Below are positions 1-8,986 of a DNA stretch of 64,000 nt, one piece after another. This stretch comes from Candidatus Latescibacterota bacterium (GTDB lineage Bacteria > Latescibacterota > UBA2968 > UBA8231): positions 2,272,001 through 2,336,000 of the forward strand of contig CBDFJF010000001.1 of NCBI GenBank assembly GCA_965248265.1. Direction: 5' to 3'. Made by a program: the position numbers and the translations under genes. The notes under the pieces were generated by a model that saw only the letters and a program-made list of their open reading frames with translations, made no database searches and was not told the origin of the DNA. How positions within the stretch are numbered: the stretch's first letter is position 1; the number at the start of each line of letters is the position of its first letter.

Positions 1-4
1 GATC

Positions 5-3000
5 GTGAATAGGCCGCCTGGCACTCCCTCAGACCTAATAGCCGGCGACTCGGCAGACCGCGTTACCCTGAGTTGGCAGGCCGGTTCCGACGACGCTGAC
101 CCGCCGGCGGAAAGCCTCACCTACAACGCCCGCGTCGGTACGGTGCCCGAAGCAGACGACGTGCTCTCCGGCGCAATCGCTCTGGGCCATGGGAACATCG
201 GCGCCCGCCTGATGCGCGACCTCTCTGGTCTGACCAGTGGTACCTATTACTGGTCCGTGCAGACCGTCGACGTCGGTGGCGCACGCTCCGCCTGGCGCGA
301 CGGTGACCCTTTCATCATCGACACCGTCAATCCTACGCTCGGCGGCTTCTTGTTGAATAAGGATCAGTTTGGATTGGGCCAGACGGTCACCCTGGGACTG
401 TCGTTTCTGGATGAACACTCCGGAGTCAACGCCAACGCCGAGGTTGCGCCGTTGGTGAAGGCCGAAATAGGTGGTACGCCGTTTCCGTTTTCTCAGTTGC
501 TGTTTAGTGGCCGCACCTGGAGTGGTGAACTGGAGGTCACCGCGGACATGCCTTCCGGCGAAGCTGTGTTGTCCGTATCCGGTCTGGTGGACCTGAAGGG
601 CAACTCTCTGGCCGACACGGTCATCGACACCTTTGTCGTTGACACGGATCTGCCGGTCATCGTCGATCGCCTGCCATCAGAGGATGCCACCGGGGTAGCC
701 CAGAGCGCCACAGAGATTGCGATCGGATTCTCCGAAGCCATCGACCCGGCTACAATCACGGTCGACAACTTCGCCGTGACGCGAGCCAATATCCCCGTCC
801 CGCTGAGAATCGAGCGGCCAGCAGACACGTCGGACACGGTCACCCTGATTTTCGAGGAGACGCTGCGACCGGGATCGCTCTACAACGTCGAGGTGTCGGC
901 GGCGATTCAGGATCTGGCCGCGAACCGGCCGGCCGACGCCATTTCCTGGAGCTTTTCCACCCAGATTCCGCAGCTCACGGCGACGGATCCCATGGCGGAG
1001 AGTACCGATGTCCCCCTTGATGATGGCCGTCTGAGCGCCACCTTCGACTCGGGACTGGATGTGTCTGCCCTCACCGACGCCATCGAAATCCTGCGCGACG
1101 AACAGGCGGTCGATCTGCGCGACGACGCCGTCTTCGACACCGAGACCAACACCCTCTCCTTCGAGATCGACGAAGGCCTGTTGCCCGGGAGCCGCTATCG
1201 CGTCGTCCTCTCCGGCCTTTTGGCCGGACCGCTGGGCGCCGTCAGTCAGGGCGATTTTGACTGGCGCTTCACTACCGCGGTGCCGCAGATCTCGAGCCTG
1301 ACCCCCGCCAACGGCGACACCACCGTGTCCGTCGAAGACGACGACATCAGGGCCATCTTCGACCAACGATTGGATCCTGTGGCCGCCCTCACCGCCAGCA
1401 ATATCCGCGTGACCGAGCAAGGGTTGCCGATCGAGACTGACGACGTAGAGTACAATCCCGACACCGGGTCATTGAGCTTTTCACCTGAAGATGGATTGAA
1501 AGCCGGCACGCGCTATGCCGTGACCATTGATGGATCCGTGGGTGGCCTGCTGCGTCAGGAAATCGGTGACTACTCCTGGGACTTCAGCACGGCCGTGCCC
1601 ATGGTCGAGAGTACCGCCCCTCTGGGCGGCGAGATCGTCAGCACCGCCGATCTGACAGCGGCAACGGTTCAGTTTTCCGTGCCACTCGACGACGACCAGG
1701 TCATTCCAGCGAACTTCATTCTCCTGCGTGAGGGCGCTGCCGTTTCGCTGCGAGAAGGAGACCCCGTTGTCCTGGGCCCAGGCCTGTATGGCTTGGCAGA
1801 GACGGATGGTTGGAAGGTCGGCAGCTCCTACGCCATCAGCATTGCCACGACCGTCCAGGGACCGCTTGGCCCAGGGCAGGTCTTGGGGTGGCAGTTTCAG
1901 ACCACCGTCCCCGATACCATCTCCGTGAGTCCTGCCGCCGGCTCGGACGACGTCGATGTGGGCATCTCCGGCATCACTGCCTTGTTCGATGATCTCATCG
2001 ACGAAGGGGCGTTGCAAGCCGAGGGCAATGTCGTCCTCGCGCGTGAAGGGCGTCCGATCGAGATCACCGATCCAATCGGCTACGATCGCGCCGCCGGGGA
2101 GGTGACGATTCCAGTCAGTGATCTCAGAGCCGGAACACCCTACCAGGTGCTCATTGCCTCTGATGTGGCCGGGCCACGTGCGGCCGGAGAATTCCGTTGG
2201 GGGTTCAGCACCCGCATCCCGACTATAGCGTCGACGGTGCCCCCCGATAACTCGTCGATTGCCGCGGGACCTCGCCGTATTCAGCTCATTTTTTCCAGCA
2301 ACGTCGATGAAAGGCTGGCACGCGACCCCGATAACTACCGCCTGACCAGTGGCGGACAATCAATCGAACTGACCGCCGCCGAATTCCTCTACGATGATGG
2401 CAGCTTCACCGTCAGTCTTCCCGAAATCGAATTTTTGTCTGGAACGGGTTACGACCTGATCGTCAATTCCCGTCTGGGCGGACCGCTGGCTCAGCGCCCC
2501 GATGACGAATTCCGTTTCCAGACAGATTTACCGACGGTTGTTGAGACAGAACCGGTCGCCGCATCTGAGGGAGTCGTGACGAGTCATCCGCCCATCAGGC
2601 TGGTTTTTTCGGGCCCCGTGGCCAATCAGGACGCCACCGGGTTTCAATTGCGGGCACGTCCGCTTGCGCAGGCATTGGCAAACAGCGATGCGCCATTCGG
2701 ACTCCTGTCGATCGCAGGGTTTGGCCTGGATCCGACAGGCTCCGAAGTAAACTTCGCTCCTGAAGGCGGCTTCCGACCCTTCACTGAATATCAGGTTCTT
2801 GTGGATCCCAGCGTATTCGGTCAATTGGCCATAGACGGCTTCACCTTGGCCTTCAGCACGGCAGCGCGGATCGGCAATACGGCAAGCGGCGGCACGATTT
2901 CCAATGCGGACCGATCAGTGGAGCTCTATTTCCCTCCGAACGCGCTCTCTGGAGGTGTGGATGGCGAGGTCGTCATCCAGTCGCTTGAGGCAACTGATGC

Positions 3001-3604
3001 CGGCAAGGTGATCACCGTAAAGCCAACGCAGGCCACGCTCACACAGATTGGTCAGGCTTGGGAGATAGACGGGCTGGGAGCCAGCCTGATGAAACCTGCT
3101 ACCCTGACGATGCGCTACACCGATCAGGAACTCGGCAGCCTCAACGCCGCCCGGCTCGGCATATTCAGGCTCGACGGCACCGATTGGGTCCGGATCGGCG
3201 GCACAGCTGATCCAACCGCGGCTCAGGTCCGAACTACAATAGAAGAGTTCGCCGTCTACGCTCTGTTCGAGGACCTCAGTGCCCAGGTCGGCGCTCTCGC
3301 GATCGCCGGCATCGAAGTGCAACCGCAGGCCTTCGCCCCTTCGGGTGGCCGCGGCAACATGCGGCAGGAGACCGATATCTCCTTCGACTTGTCGGGGCCC
3401 GCTGACGTCACTGTACGCGTTTACAGCGCCTCAGGCAGGCTCGAGCGCGTCATCGCTCGGGATACCCCGATGGGGCAGGGCCGCAACTCCCTGGTCTGGG
3501 ATGGGCGCGACGAAGACCGCAAGACCGTGGGCAGTGGCCTTTACATCGTCGTCGTCAGTACCGGAGACGAGCAGGCCGAGAAAGTAGTCGCGGTGGTGAG
3601 ATGA
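5..3604 (+). CDS. Large surface protein (5' end outside window): FN3-like domain, multiple Big_5/SbsA Ig-like repeats, ZU5-like domain, C-terminal FlgD-Ig (T9SS-like sorting) domain
   Basis: Frame is open at the window edge. Repeated 'P..P.......I...F...LD......F.W.F.T' units. C-terminus 'PQAFAPSG..ISFDL...VTVRVYSASGRLER.....WDGRDE....GSGLYIV'. Stop overlaps next ATG (ATGA). Confidence 0.8.
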   Translation: MNRPPGTPSDLIAGDSADRVTLSWQAGSDDADPPAESLTYNARVGTVPEADDVLSGAIALGHGNIGARLMRDLSGLTSGTYYWSVQTVDVGGARSAWRDGDPFIIDTVNPTLGGFLLNKDQFGLGQTVTLGLSFLDEHSGVNANAEVAPLVKAEIGGTPFPFSQLLFSGRTWSGELEVTADMPSGEAVLSVSGLVDLKGNSLADTVIDTFVVDTDLPVIVDRLPSEDATGVAQSATEIAIGFSEAIDPATITVDNFAVTRANIPVPLRIERPADTSDTVTLIFEETLRPGSLYNVEVSAAIQDLAANRPADAISWSFSTQIPQLTATDPMAESTDVPLDDGRLSATFDSGLDVSALTDAIEILRDEQAVDLRDDAVFDTETNTLSFEIDEGLLPGSRYRVVLSGLLAGPLGAVSQGDFDWRFTTAVPQISSLTPANGDTTVSVEDDDIRAIFDQRLDPVAALTASNIRVTEQGLPIETDDVEYNPDTGSLSFSPEDGLKAGTRYAVTIDGSVGGLLRQEIGDYSWDFSTAVPMVESTAPLGGEIVSTADLTAATVQFSVPLDDDQVIPANFILLREGAAVSLREGDPVVLGPGLYGLAETDGWKVGSSYAISIATTVQGPLGPGQVLGWQFQTTVPDTISVSPAAGSDDVDVGISGITALFDDLIDEGALQAEGNVVLAREGRPIEITDPIGYDRAAGEVTIPVSDLRAGTPYQVLIASDVAGPRAAGEFRWGFSTRIPTIASTVPPDNSSIAAGPRRIQLIFSSNVDERLARDPDNYRLTSGGQSIELTAAEFLYDDGSFTVSLPEIEFLSGTGYDLIVNSRLGGPLAQRPDDEFRFQTDLPTVVETEPVAASEGVVTSHPPIRLVFSGPVANQDATGFQLRARPLAQALANSDAPFGLLSIAGFGLDPTGSEVNFAPEGGFRPFTEYQVLVDPSVFGQLAIDGFTLAFSTAARIGNTASGGTISNADRSVELYFPPNALSGGVDGEVVIQSLEATDAGKVITVKPTQATLTQIGQAWEIDGLGASLMKPATLTMRYTDQELGSLNAARLGIFRLDGTDWVRIGGTADPTAAQVRTTIEEFAVYALFEDLSAQVGALAIAGIEVQPQAFAPSGGRGNMRQETDISFDLSGPADVTVRVYSASGRLERVIARDTPMGQGRNSLVWDGRDEDRKTVGSGLYIVVVSTGDEQAEKVVAVVR

Positions 3605-5067
3605 TGGGGCTTGTGAAGCATCGTCATGTATTCGTTGCCTCGGCGCTCATCGCACTATGCCATGCCCTGCCTCTGCAAGCCCAGACTTTTTCGAGCCCTG
3701 CAGCTGCGGCCAATGTGGCTGATGGCGGAGCCTTCAGCACCAATTCCAGCTGGGGCGATTTTGATGGTGATGGCGATATAGATGCTTACGTGACCAACTG
3801 GGTATCGCTACCTAACCCACTATACCAGAACAACGGCGATGGCTCTTTTATCGACGTTGCAGAGGCCAAGGGTGTCACTGACCTCGGTAACAGTGTGGCA
3901 GCTGCTTGGGGCGACTACGACAACGACGGCGATCTCGATCTCTATGTGGTCGACTTCCGAGTGCAGGATCAACTATTCGAAAACACAGATGGCAGTTTCG
4001 CCGAAATCGGCCGTACCCGCGAGCTCATCAACCTTATTAAGTTGGGCAGTGAAACCTCGGTTGCCTGGGGTGATTACGACAACGACGGCTTCCTCGACCT
4101 CTACCTGGGCAAGTATTACCACGACAACGAGCTGTACCACAATTCGGGCGACGGCAGCTTCGAACCCGTGACCGACCTCGGTGTTGGCGATCGCCGCGAC
4201 ACCAACGGGTTCACCTGGGTCGATTACGACAACGACGGCGATCTGGACCTTTATGTCGTCAATCGCGACCAGGAAAACGGCCTCTACCGCAACGACCTGA
4301 GTGATGACAGTGTCTTCACAGAACGTGCGTGTGCCCTGTCCGTAGCCAACACGGAAATCGGCCAGAACGGCACCTGGGGTGACTACGACAACGACGGCGA
4401 CCTGGATCTGTTCCTCGCCAATGTCGGGGCCAACAACCTCTACCGTAATGACGGCGCCGAGAGCTTCGTCGATGTCGCCGACGCCGCCGGCGTGCGCCAG
4501 GCGTCGTCGGGCTGGATCACGGCGATGGCGGCATGGGCCGACTACGATGGCGATGGGTTTCTCGATCTGTACACAGCCAACGGCGGCGACGAGCTCCAGC
4601 AGGAAGATGTGCTCTTCGCCAGCAACGGCAACGGCACCTTCCGCAACGCCACCGCGGATGCGCTGCTGTCCACGGCCGGCAGCGCGCATTTGTCGACTAC
4701 CTGGGTTGACTTCGATGGCGACGGCGCACCCGATCTCTACAGCACTGATGGCTGGGGATTCGGCAACATCCTTTCACTCAACGAGACACCCGACGAACGC
4801 TTCATCAAAGTGACCGTGCGCGGCAAGGGTGCTGCTGCCGGAGGCAACAACATCTTCGGCATCGGATCGCAGGTGCGGCTCTTCGATGCGGAGACCGATG
4901 CCCTCGTCGCCTACAGGCAAGTGCTGTCGAGCTCCAGCCCGGGGGAGGTGACCTTCGGAGCTCCAGCGGGACCCTACAACGTCCAGGTTCGTTTTCCCGG
5001 CAATGAAATTCCCATGATCGTCGGCAATGTCAGCGGCGGCGAAAGCATCACGATCGAAGAGCCATGA
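3601..5067 (+). CDS. Secreted FG-GAP/CRTAC1 (ASPIC-UnbV) beta-propeller protein
   Basis: Signal peptide; seven W(G/V/A)D(Y/F)D(N/G)DG..D..Y/F Ca-binding repeats; C-terminal 'N.FGIGSQVRL' ASPIC/UnbV-like segment. Confidence 0.85.
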   Translation: MMGLVKHRHVFVASALIALCHALPLQAQTFSSPAAAANVADGGAFSTNSSWGDFDGDGDIDAYVTNWVSLPNPLYQNNGDGSFIDVAEAKGVTDLGNSVAAAWGDYDNDGDLDLYVVDFRVQDQLFENTDGSFAEIGRTRELINLIKLGSETSVAWGDYDNDGFLDLYLGKYYHDNELYHNSGDGSFEPVTDLGVGDRRDTNGFTWVDYDNDGDLDLYVVNRDQENGLYRNDLSDDSVFTERACALSVANTEIGQNGTWGDYDNDGDLDLFLANVGANNLYRNDGAESFVDVADAAGVRQASSGWITAMAAWADYDGDGFLDLYTANGGDELQQEDVLFASNGNGTFRNATADALLSTAGSAHLSTTWVDFDGDGAPDLYSTDGWGFGNILSLNETPDERFIKVTVRGKGAAAGGNNIFGIGSQVRLFDAETDALVAYRQVLSSSSPGEVTFGAPAGPYNVQVRFPGNEIPMIVGNVSGGESITIEEP

Positions 5068-8000
5068 GCGCTCGCGTCAACGGCCATCGCCTTCAACGGC
5101 TCCACGACCGGCGCTTCGGCAGTCTTTTGCCGGGTCTGCTGGCACTCGTCATCGCCTCAGCCCCTTTTGCTGCCGAGGCCACTGCGCGCCAGACGGATGT
5201 GGGCGTGCGCGCGATCAGCATGGGAGGCGCCTTCGTCGCTGTCGGATCCGACGCGACCGCCATCTACTGGAATCCAGCGGCGATCGCCGCCTTACAGCGC
5301 CAGGAACTCGACCTGGATTACGCCGATCACTTCGGCCTGGGTCTGAATGAGGCTCATCTGAGCTACGTCCTGCCTGCGACCGCCAACCACGCGCTGGGAA
5401 TTGATTGGTTCCACCGCGGCTTCGACGATGTCAGCGGCGGACTGGGGCTCAAATCCGGCTTCGACCGCATCTCCTTCGCCTACGGCTACCGCAACGGCAT
5501 CCGGCGGTTGCGTCCCTGGATCGGCAACACCTCCATCGGCATCGCTGGCAAGTACGTGTCGCAGGACACCGACCTCGATGGCCAATCCGTCATGAGCGCT
5601 TCCGGCCTCGGCCTCGACCTGGGAGTACTGGTGCCGCTGCTCCACAACCTGCGTTTGGGATTCTCGATTCAGGACCTGGGCGGCACGTCGGTCGAGCACG
5701 ACAGCGGACTCAACGAACAGATCTTCGACGCCAATTACCGTGTGGGTCTGGCCTACAAACCCCCGATCGAGGGCTTGACCCTTGCAGCCGACATCGATGA
5801 CCATGCGCGAGTCGGCGCCGAGTACTGGATCGCCAGCCAGCTCGCCCTCAGGGCCGGCCTCAAGACCGAGCTGGACACGCCGGAGAGCCAGAGTGATGCA
5901 ACCACGGCGTCCTTCGGAGTCGGGGTCAAGTACCGCTACGCCGAACTTGATTATGCGTATGAACGGCATCCCGTCCTCGACGTCACCCACTATACGTCAC
6001 TGTCGCTTTCCTACAATCCACGGGTGGTGACGATAAAGGATGCCACGGTCCGGCCGAGTCCGATTTTCCGCTCGCTCTACCAGCATTACCAGGAAAACGA
6101 TTTCTTCGACGTCGTCATCGGCAACTCAGCCCCGGAGCCGATCGAGGCGACCGTCGGCATCATGCTGCCGAAGGTGATGACGGTGCCTCATCAGGAAACC
6201 GTCGTACTGCCGGCTCAGAGCACGGAGAAGTACACCTTCAAGGTTACGTTCGACGAAGATCTCTTCAACCAGCCTGAGGCCTACTACGACAATTTCGTGT
6301 TGCCCGTCGTCAGTGTCAGTTATACCCGCGGTCGCCGCGACCAGACCGTCGACAAGCAACTCGAGCGCGTCTACGTCGCCGGCAAGGGCAAACTGAGTTG
6401 GAATGTTGACGGCATGGCTGCCGCCTTCGTAACCCCGGCGGACCTCGCCGTCTCCGGAATGGCTCGCGGCATGATACAGATCTACGACGAGCTCCTGAGC
6501 GGCAAGTTCAACCGCTCCAACATCGGCAAGGCTGCCATCCTCTTCGACGCCATGGGCGTGCACAGTCTGAGTTATCAGGCGGACCAGAAGACGCCTTTCG
6601 CCAATGTTTCCGACGACAAGACGATCTTCGACACGGTGCAGTACCCGAGCGAATTGCTCTACAAGGAAGAAGGCGTCGACACCAAGATCGGCGACTGCGA
6701 TGACCTGACCGTCCTCTATGCCTCATTGCTGGAGAACCTGAGCATCGACACGGCTTTTCTTGAGGCCAATGACCCGGGCAAGGGCCATATCTACCTGATG
6801 TTCGATAGCGGCATCCCCAGCGATCGCGTCGAAGACCACTTTCTCAGCTCGGCGGAATACGTCGCCTGGGAAGGCCGCATCTGGATCCCGATCGAAACCA
6901 CCATGTTCGGGTTCACCTTTGGTGATGCCTGGCGCAACGGGGTGGCCGAATACAAGCGCCTGAAGCCCCTCAAGCTCATCGACGAGGTCTATGTCCAGAA
7001 GTGGATGCAGATCTACAAGCCGGCGGTCTTGCCGCCTGCCATCGTAGAGCTGCCCTCGATGGCAGACGTCGACTCGCTTCTGTCTCGCGATATCGCCTAC
7101 CTGGACCAGCGCACGGACCAGATTGCCCTGAGTGCGGTTACTTCATTGGAGACGGCGGACGGTGCCTACGATGCTGGAGTGGCCTACTTGCGCGCCAACC
7201 ACCTGGAAAAAGCGTTGGGCATGTTCGATCGGGCACTCGGCATGAATCCGAACCACGCGGATGCCATCAATGCCCGCGGCGTGGTACTGACCAAGAGGGG
7301 TTCGTACGACGAGGCGCTGCAACTGTTCAGGCGCGCCCTGGAACTCGACGACAACAACGGCTTCCGCATGAACATCGCCCTCGCCTATTACATGAAGGGT
7401 GAGCGCGAATCCGCCAACCTGATGTTCGAGGGGGTGGTGGCCCTGGATGAATCGTATTCCCAGCTCTTCGACTTCCTCGCTGACGTCGGAGCCGCCGAGG
7501 AATTCTACGAGGTGGGCGTCAGCTATCTGCGCCAGAGCAACCTCGACAAGGCGCTGGAACAGTTCGACCAGGCCGAGGCCGCGGATCCACAGTTCGCCGA
7601 TGCCGTCAATGCCCGTGGCGTGGTGCTGAGCAGAAAGGGGCGTTATCCAGAGGCGCTGGAGCAGTTTGAGCTCGCCGCCCAGATGGATACCGATCAGCTG
7701 GGCTATCGCCTCAATGTCGCCCTGGCTCATCATCTGTTGGGGAACCCGAAGCGAGCCGAGACTCTGTACCGGCAGGTTGTCGCCGTCGATGACGGCTATG
7801 AAGGTTTGTTCGATTTCCTCGAGGCCACTGAGTCGGCTGAGCAGTACTACCAGCTGGCGGCCGGTTACATGCAACAGCGTCGTTGGGACAAGGCGTTGGA
7901 GTATCTCGAGTACGCGTTGAGTGGCGATCCCGAAATGGGGGATGCGCACAACGCCCTCGGTGTGGTGCTGACGCGTCAGGGAGATTACGATGGCGCTTAC

Positions 8001-8174
8001 ACTGCCTTCTCCCAAGCTGAGGCGTTGATGCCGACCAACGCAGGTGTCATGATCAACATGGCGATCGTCCGCTACCTGCAGGGGCGTCGGCACGAGTCGG
8101 CAGTCCTGTACCGGCAGGTTGTGGAGATGGACAGCCGGTACGAGGGTTTCCTCGATTTTCTGACCGTGGAGTAG
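5064..8174 (+). CDS. PorV/UPF0164-like beta-barrel fused to transglutaminase-like domain and C-terminal TPR repeats
   Basis: 'GVRAISMGGAFVAVGSDATAIYWNPAAIA' is a PorV/FadL-type N-terminal motif. 'GDCDD..LYASLLE...GHIYL...WIPIETT' gives a Cys/His/Glu set. About 9 TPR-like helical repeats. Confidence 0.8.
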   Translation: MSARVNGHRLQRLHDRRFGSLLPGLLALVIASAPFAAEATARQTDVGVRAISMGGAFVAVGSDATAIYWNPAAIAALQRQELDLDYADHFGLGLNEAHLSYVLPATANHALGIDWFHRGFDDVSGGLGLKSGFDRISFAYGYRNGIRRLRPWIGNTSIGIAGKYVSQDTDLDGQSVMSASGLGLDLGVLVPLLHNLRLGFSIQDLGGTSVEHDSGLNEQIFDANYRVGLAYKPPIEGLTLAADIDDHARVGAEYWIASQLALRAGLKTELDTPESQSDATTASFGVGVKYRYAELDYAYERHPVLDVTHYTSLSLSYNPRVVTIKDATVRPSPIFRSLYQHYQENDFFDVVIGNSAPEPIEATVGIMLPKVMTVPHQETVVLPAQSTEKYTFKVTFDEDLFNQPEAYYDNFVLPVVSVSYTRGRRDQTVDKQLERVYVAGKGKLSWNVDGMAAAFVTPADLAVSGMARGMIQIYDELLSGKFNRSNIGKAAILFDAMGVHSLSYQADQKTPFANVSDDKTIFDTVQYPSELLYKEEGVDTKIGDCDDLTVLYASLLENLSIDTAFLEANDPGKGHIYLMFDSGIPSDRVEDHFLSSAEYVAWEGRIWIPIETTMFGFTFGDAWRNGVAEYKRLKPLKLIDEVYVQKWMQIYKPAVLPPAIVELPSMADVDSLLSRDIAYLDQRTDQIALSAVTSLETADGAYDAGVAYLRANHLEKALGMFDRALGMNPNHADAINARGVVLTKRGSYDEALQLFRRALELDDNNGFRMNIALAYYMKGERESANLMFEGVVALDESYSQLFDFLADVGAAEEFYEVGVSYLRQSNLDKALEQFDQAEAADPQFADAVNARGVVLSRKGRYPEALEQFELAAQMDTDQLGYRLNVALAHHLLGNPKRAETLYRQVVAVDDGYEGLFDFLEATESAEQYYQLAAGYMQQRRWDKALEYLEYALSGDPEMGDAHNALGVVLTRQGDYDGAYTAFSQAEALMPTNAGVMINMAIVRYLQGRRHESAVLYRQVVEMDSRYEGFLDFLTVE

Positions 8175-8200
8175 AGGATGGCCGGCCGTGGGTGCCGGTT

Positions 8201-8289
8201 TGTGATCTGGGTCATCAGTTTGCTGTGATACCGATCATGTTTGGGCCAGCAAGACAAAAAAAAGTGCGCGGCCTGTGATTTCAATCATA
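8201..8289. promoter_or_regulatory. Three CRP/FNR-family-like boxes (TGTGA-N6-TCATx)
   Basis: TGTGAtctgggTCATC (8201-8216), TGTGAtaccgaTCATG (8224-8239) and TGTGAtttcaaTCATA (8274-8289), versus the CRP consensus TGTGA-N6-TCACA. Confidence 0.6.
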
Positions 8290-8378
8290 TTCAAGGATAG
8301 GGTTGGTGCCGAACTTTAGAGCAAGAGTTGACTACCGCCCTTTCGAGGGCAGCGATGTTCGAGCAGGAGGATAGGAAA

Positions 8379-8888
8379 ATGAGACTGATAACCGGATTGA
8401 TCGTGATCGCATTGGTGGGCTGGACGACGGACGGACTGCTTGCCGAGGAGAGCGCGAGCCAGGAACCAACCACGACCGCATCGACGACCGAGGGTGAGCC
8501 GGATGAGGAGTGGTTGAATACCGTCTGGACCCAGGTTGACGATATGGTCAAGCAGGAGTCCCTGGAGCTGCAGAAGACGGTCACCGTGGCCGGTGTGCGT
8601 GGCGCCGAGGCCGAGGATTCGATCCTCGACAAGCTCTACTACAAGGGTGCCAAACGCTATCCCAGTCAGGACAAACTGCGCAAGGCCGTCGACTCCTTGA
8701 AGCAGGCTCTTGGCAAGGCTCCCAAGGGTCCCAATGCGGCTAAGCAGAAGTTTTTCATCGCGCAGTGCTATGAGAAGCTCGGGCAGACGGAGACCGCCAG
8801 GGATTTCTACGGACAGGTCGCCTCAGATCATCCTGAGAGCAGTTTTGCCGAGAAGGCTGGCAAGAGGGTGAGCGCGCTACAGCCGTAG
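8379..8888 (+). CDS. Secreted TPR protein with 'TVAGVRGAE' motif
   Basis: AGGAGG RBS at 8365-8370; signal peptide; C-terminal CpoB-like TPR 'FFIAQCYEKLG...A...Y..V...HP.S.FA'. Confidence 0.75.
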   Translation: MRLITGLIVIALVGWTTDGLLAEESASQEPTTTASTTEGEPDEEWLNTVWTQVDDMVKQESLELQKTVTVAGVRGAEAEDSILDKLYYKGAKRYPSQDKLRKAVDSLKQALGKAPKGPNAAKQKFFIAQCYEKLGQTETARDFYGQVASDHPESSFAEKAGKRVSALQP

Positions 8889-8915
8889 ATCGCTTCTGCG
8901 AGTAAAGGAAATCTT

Positions 8916-8953
8916 GGGCCGGTTGGAGGAAGTTTCTCCAGCCGGCCCTTTTT
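8916..8953 (+). terminator. Intrinsic terminator
   Basis: GGGCCGGTTGGAG / CTCCAGCCGGCCC stem followed by TTTTT. Confidence 0.75.
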
Positions 8954-8986
8954 GTTAATCTACTTGTCTCTCATGGCAATGAACTT

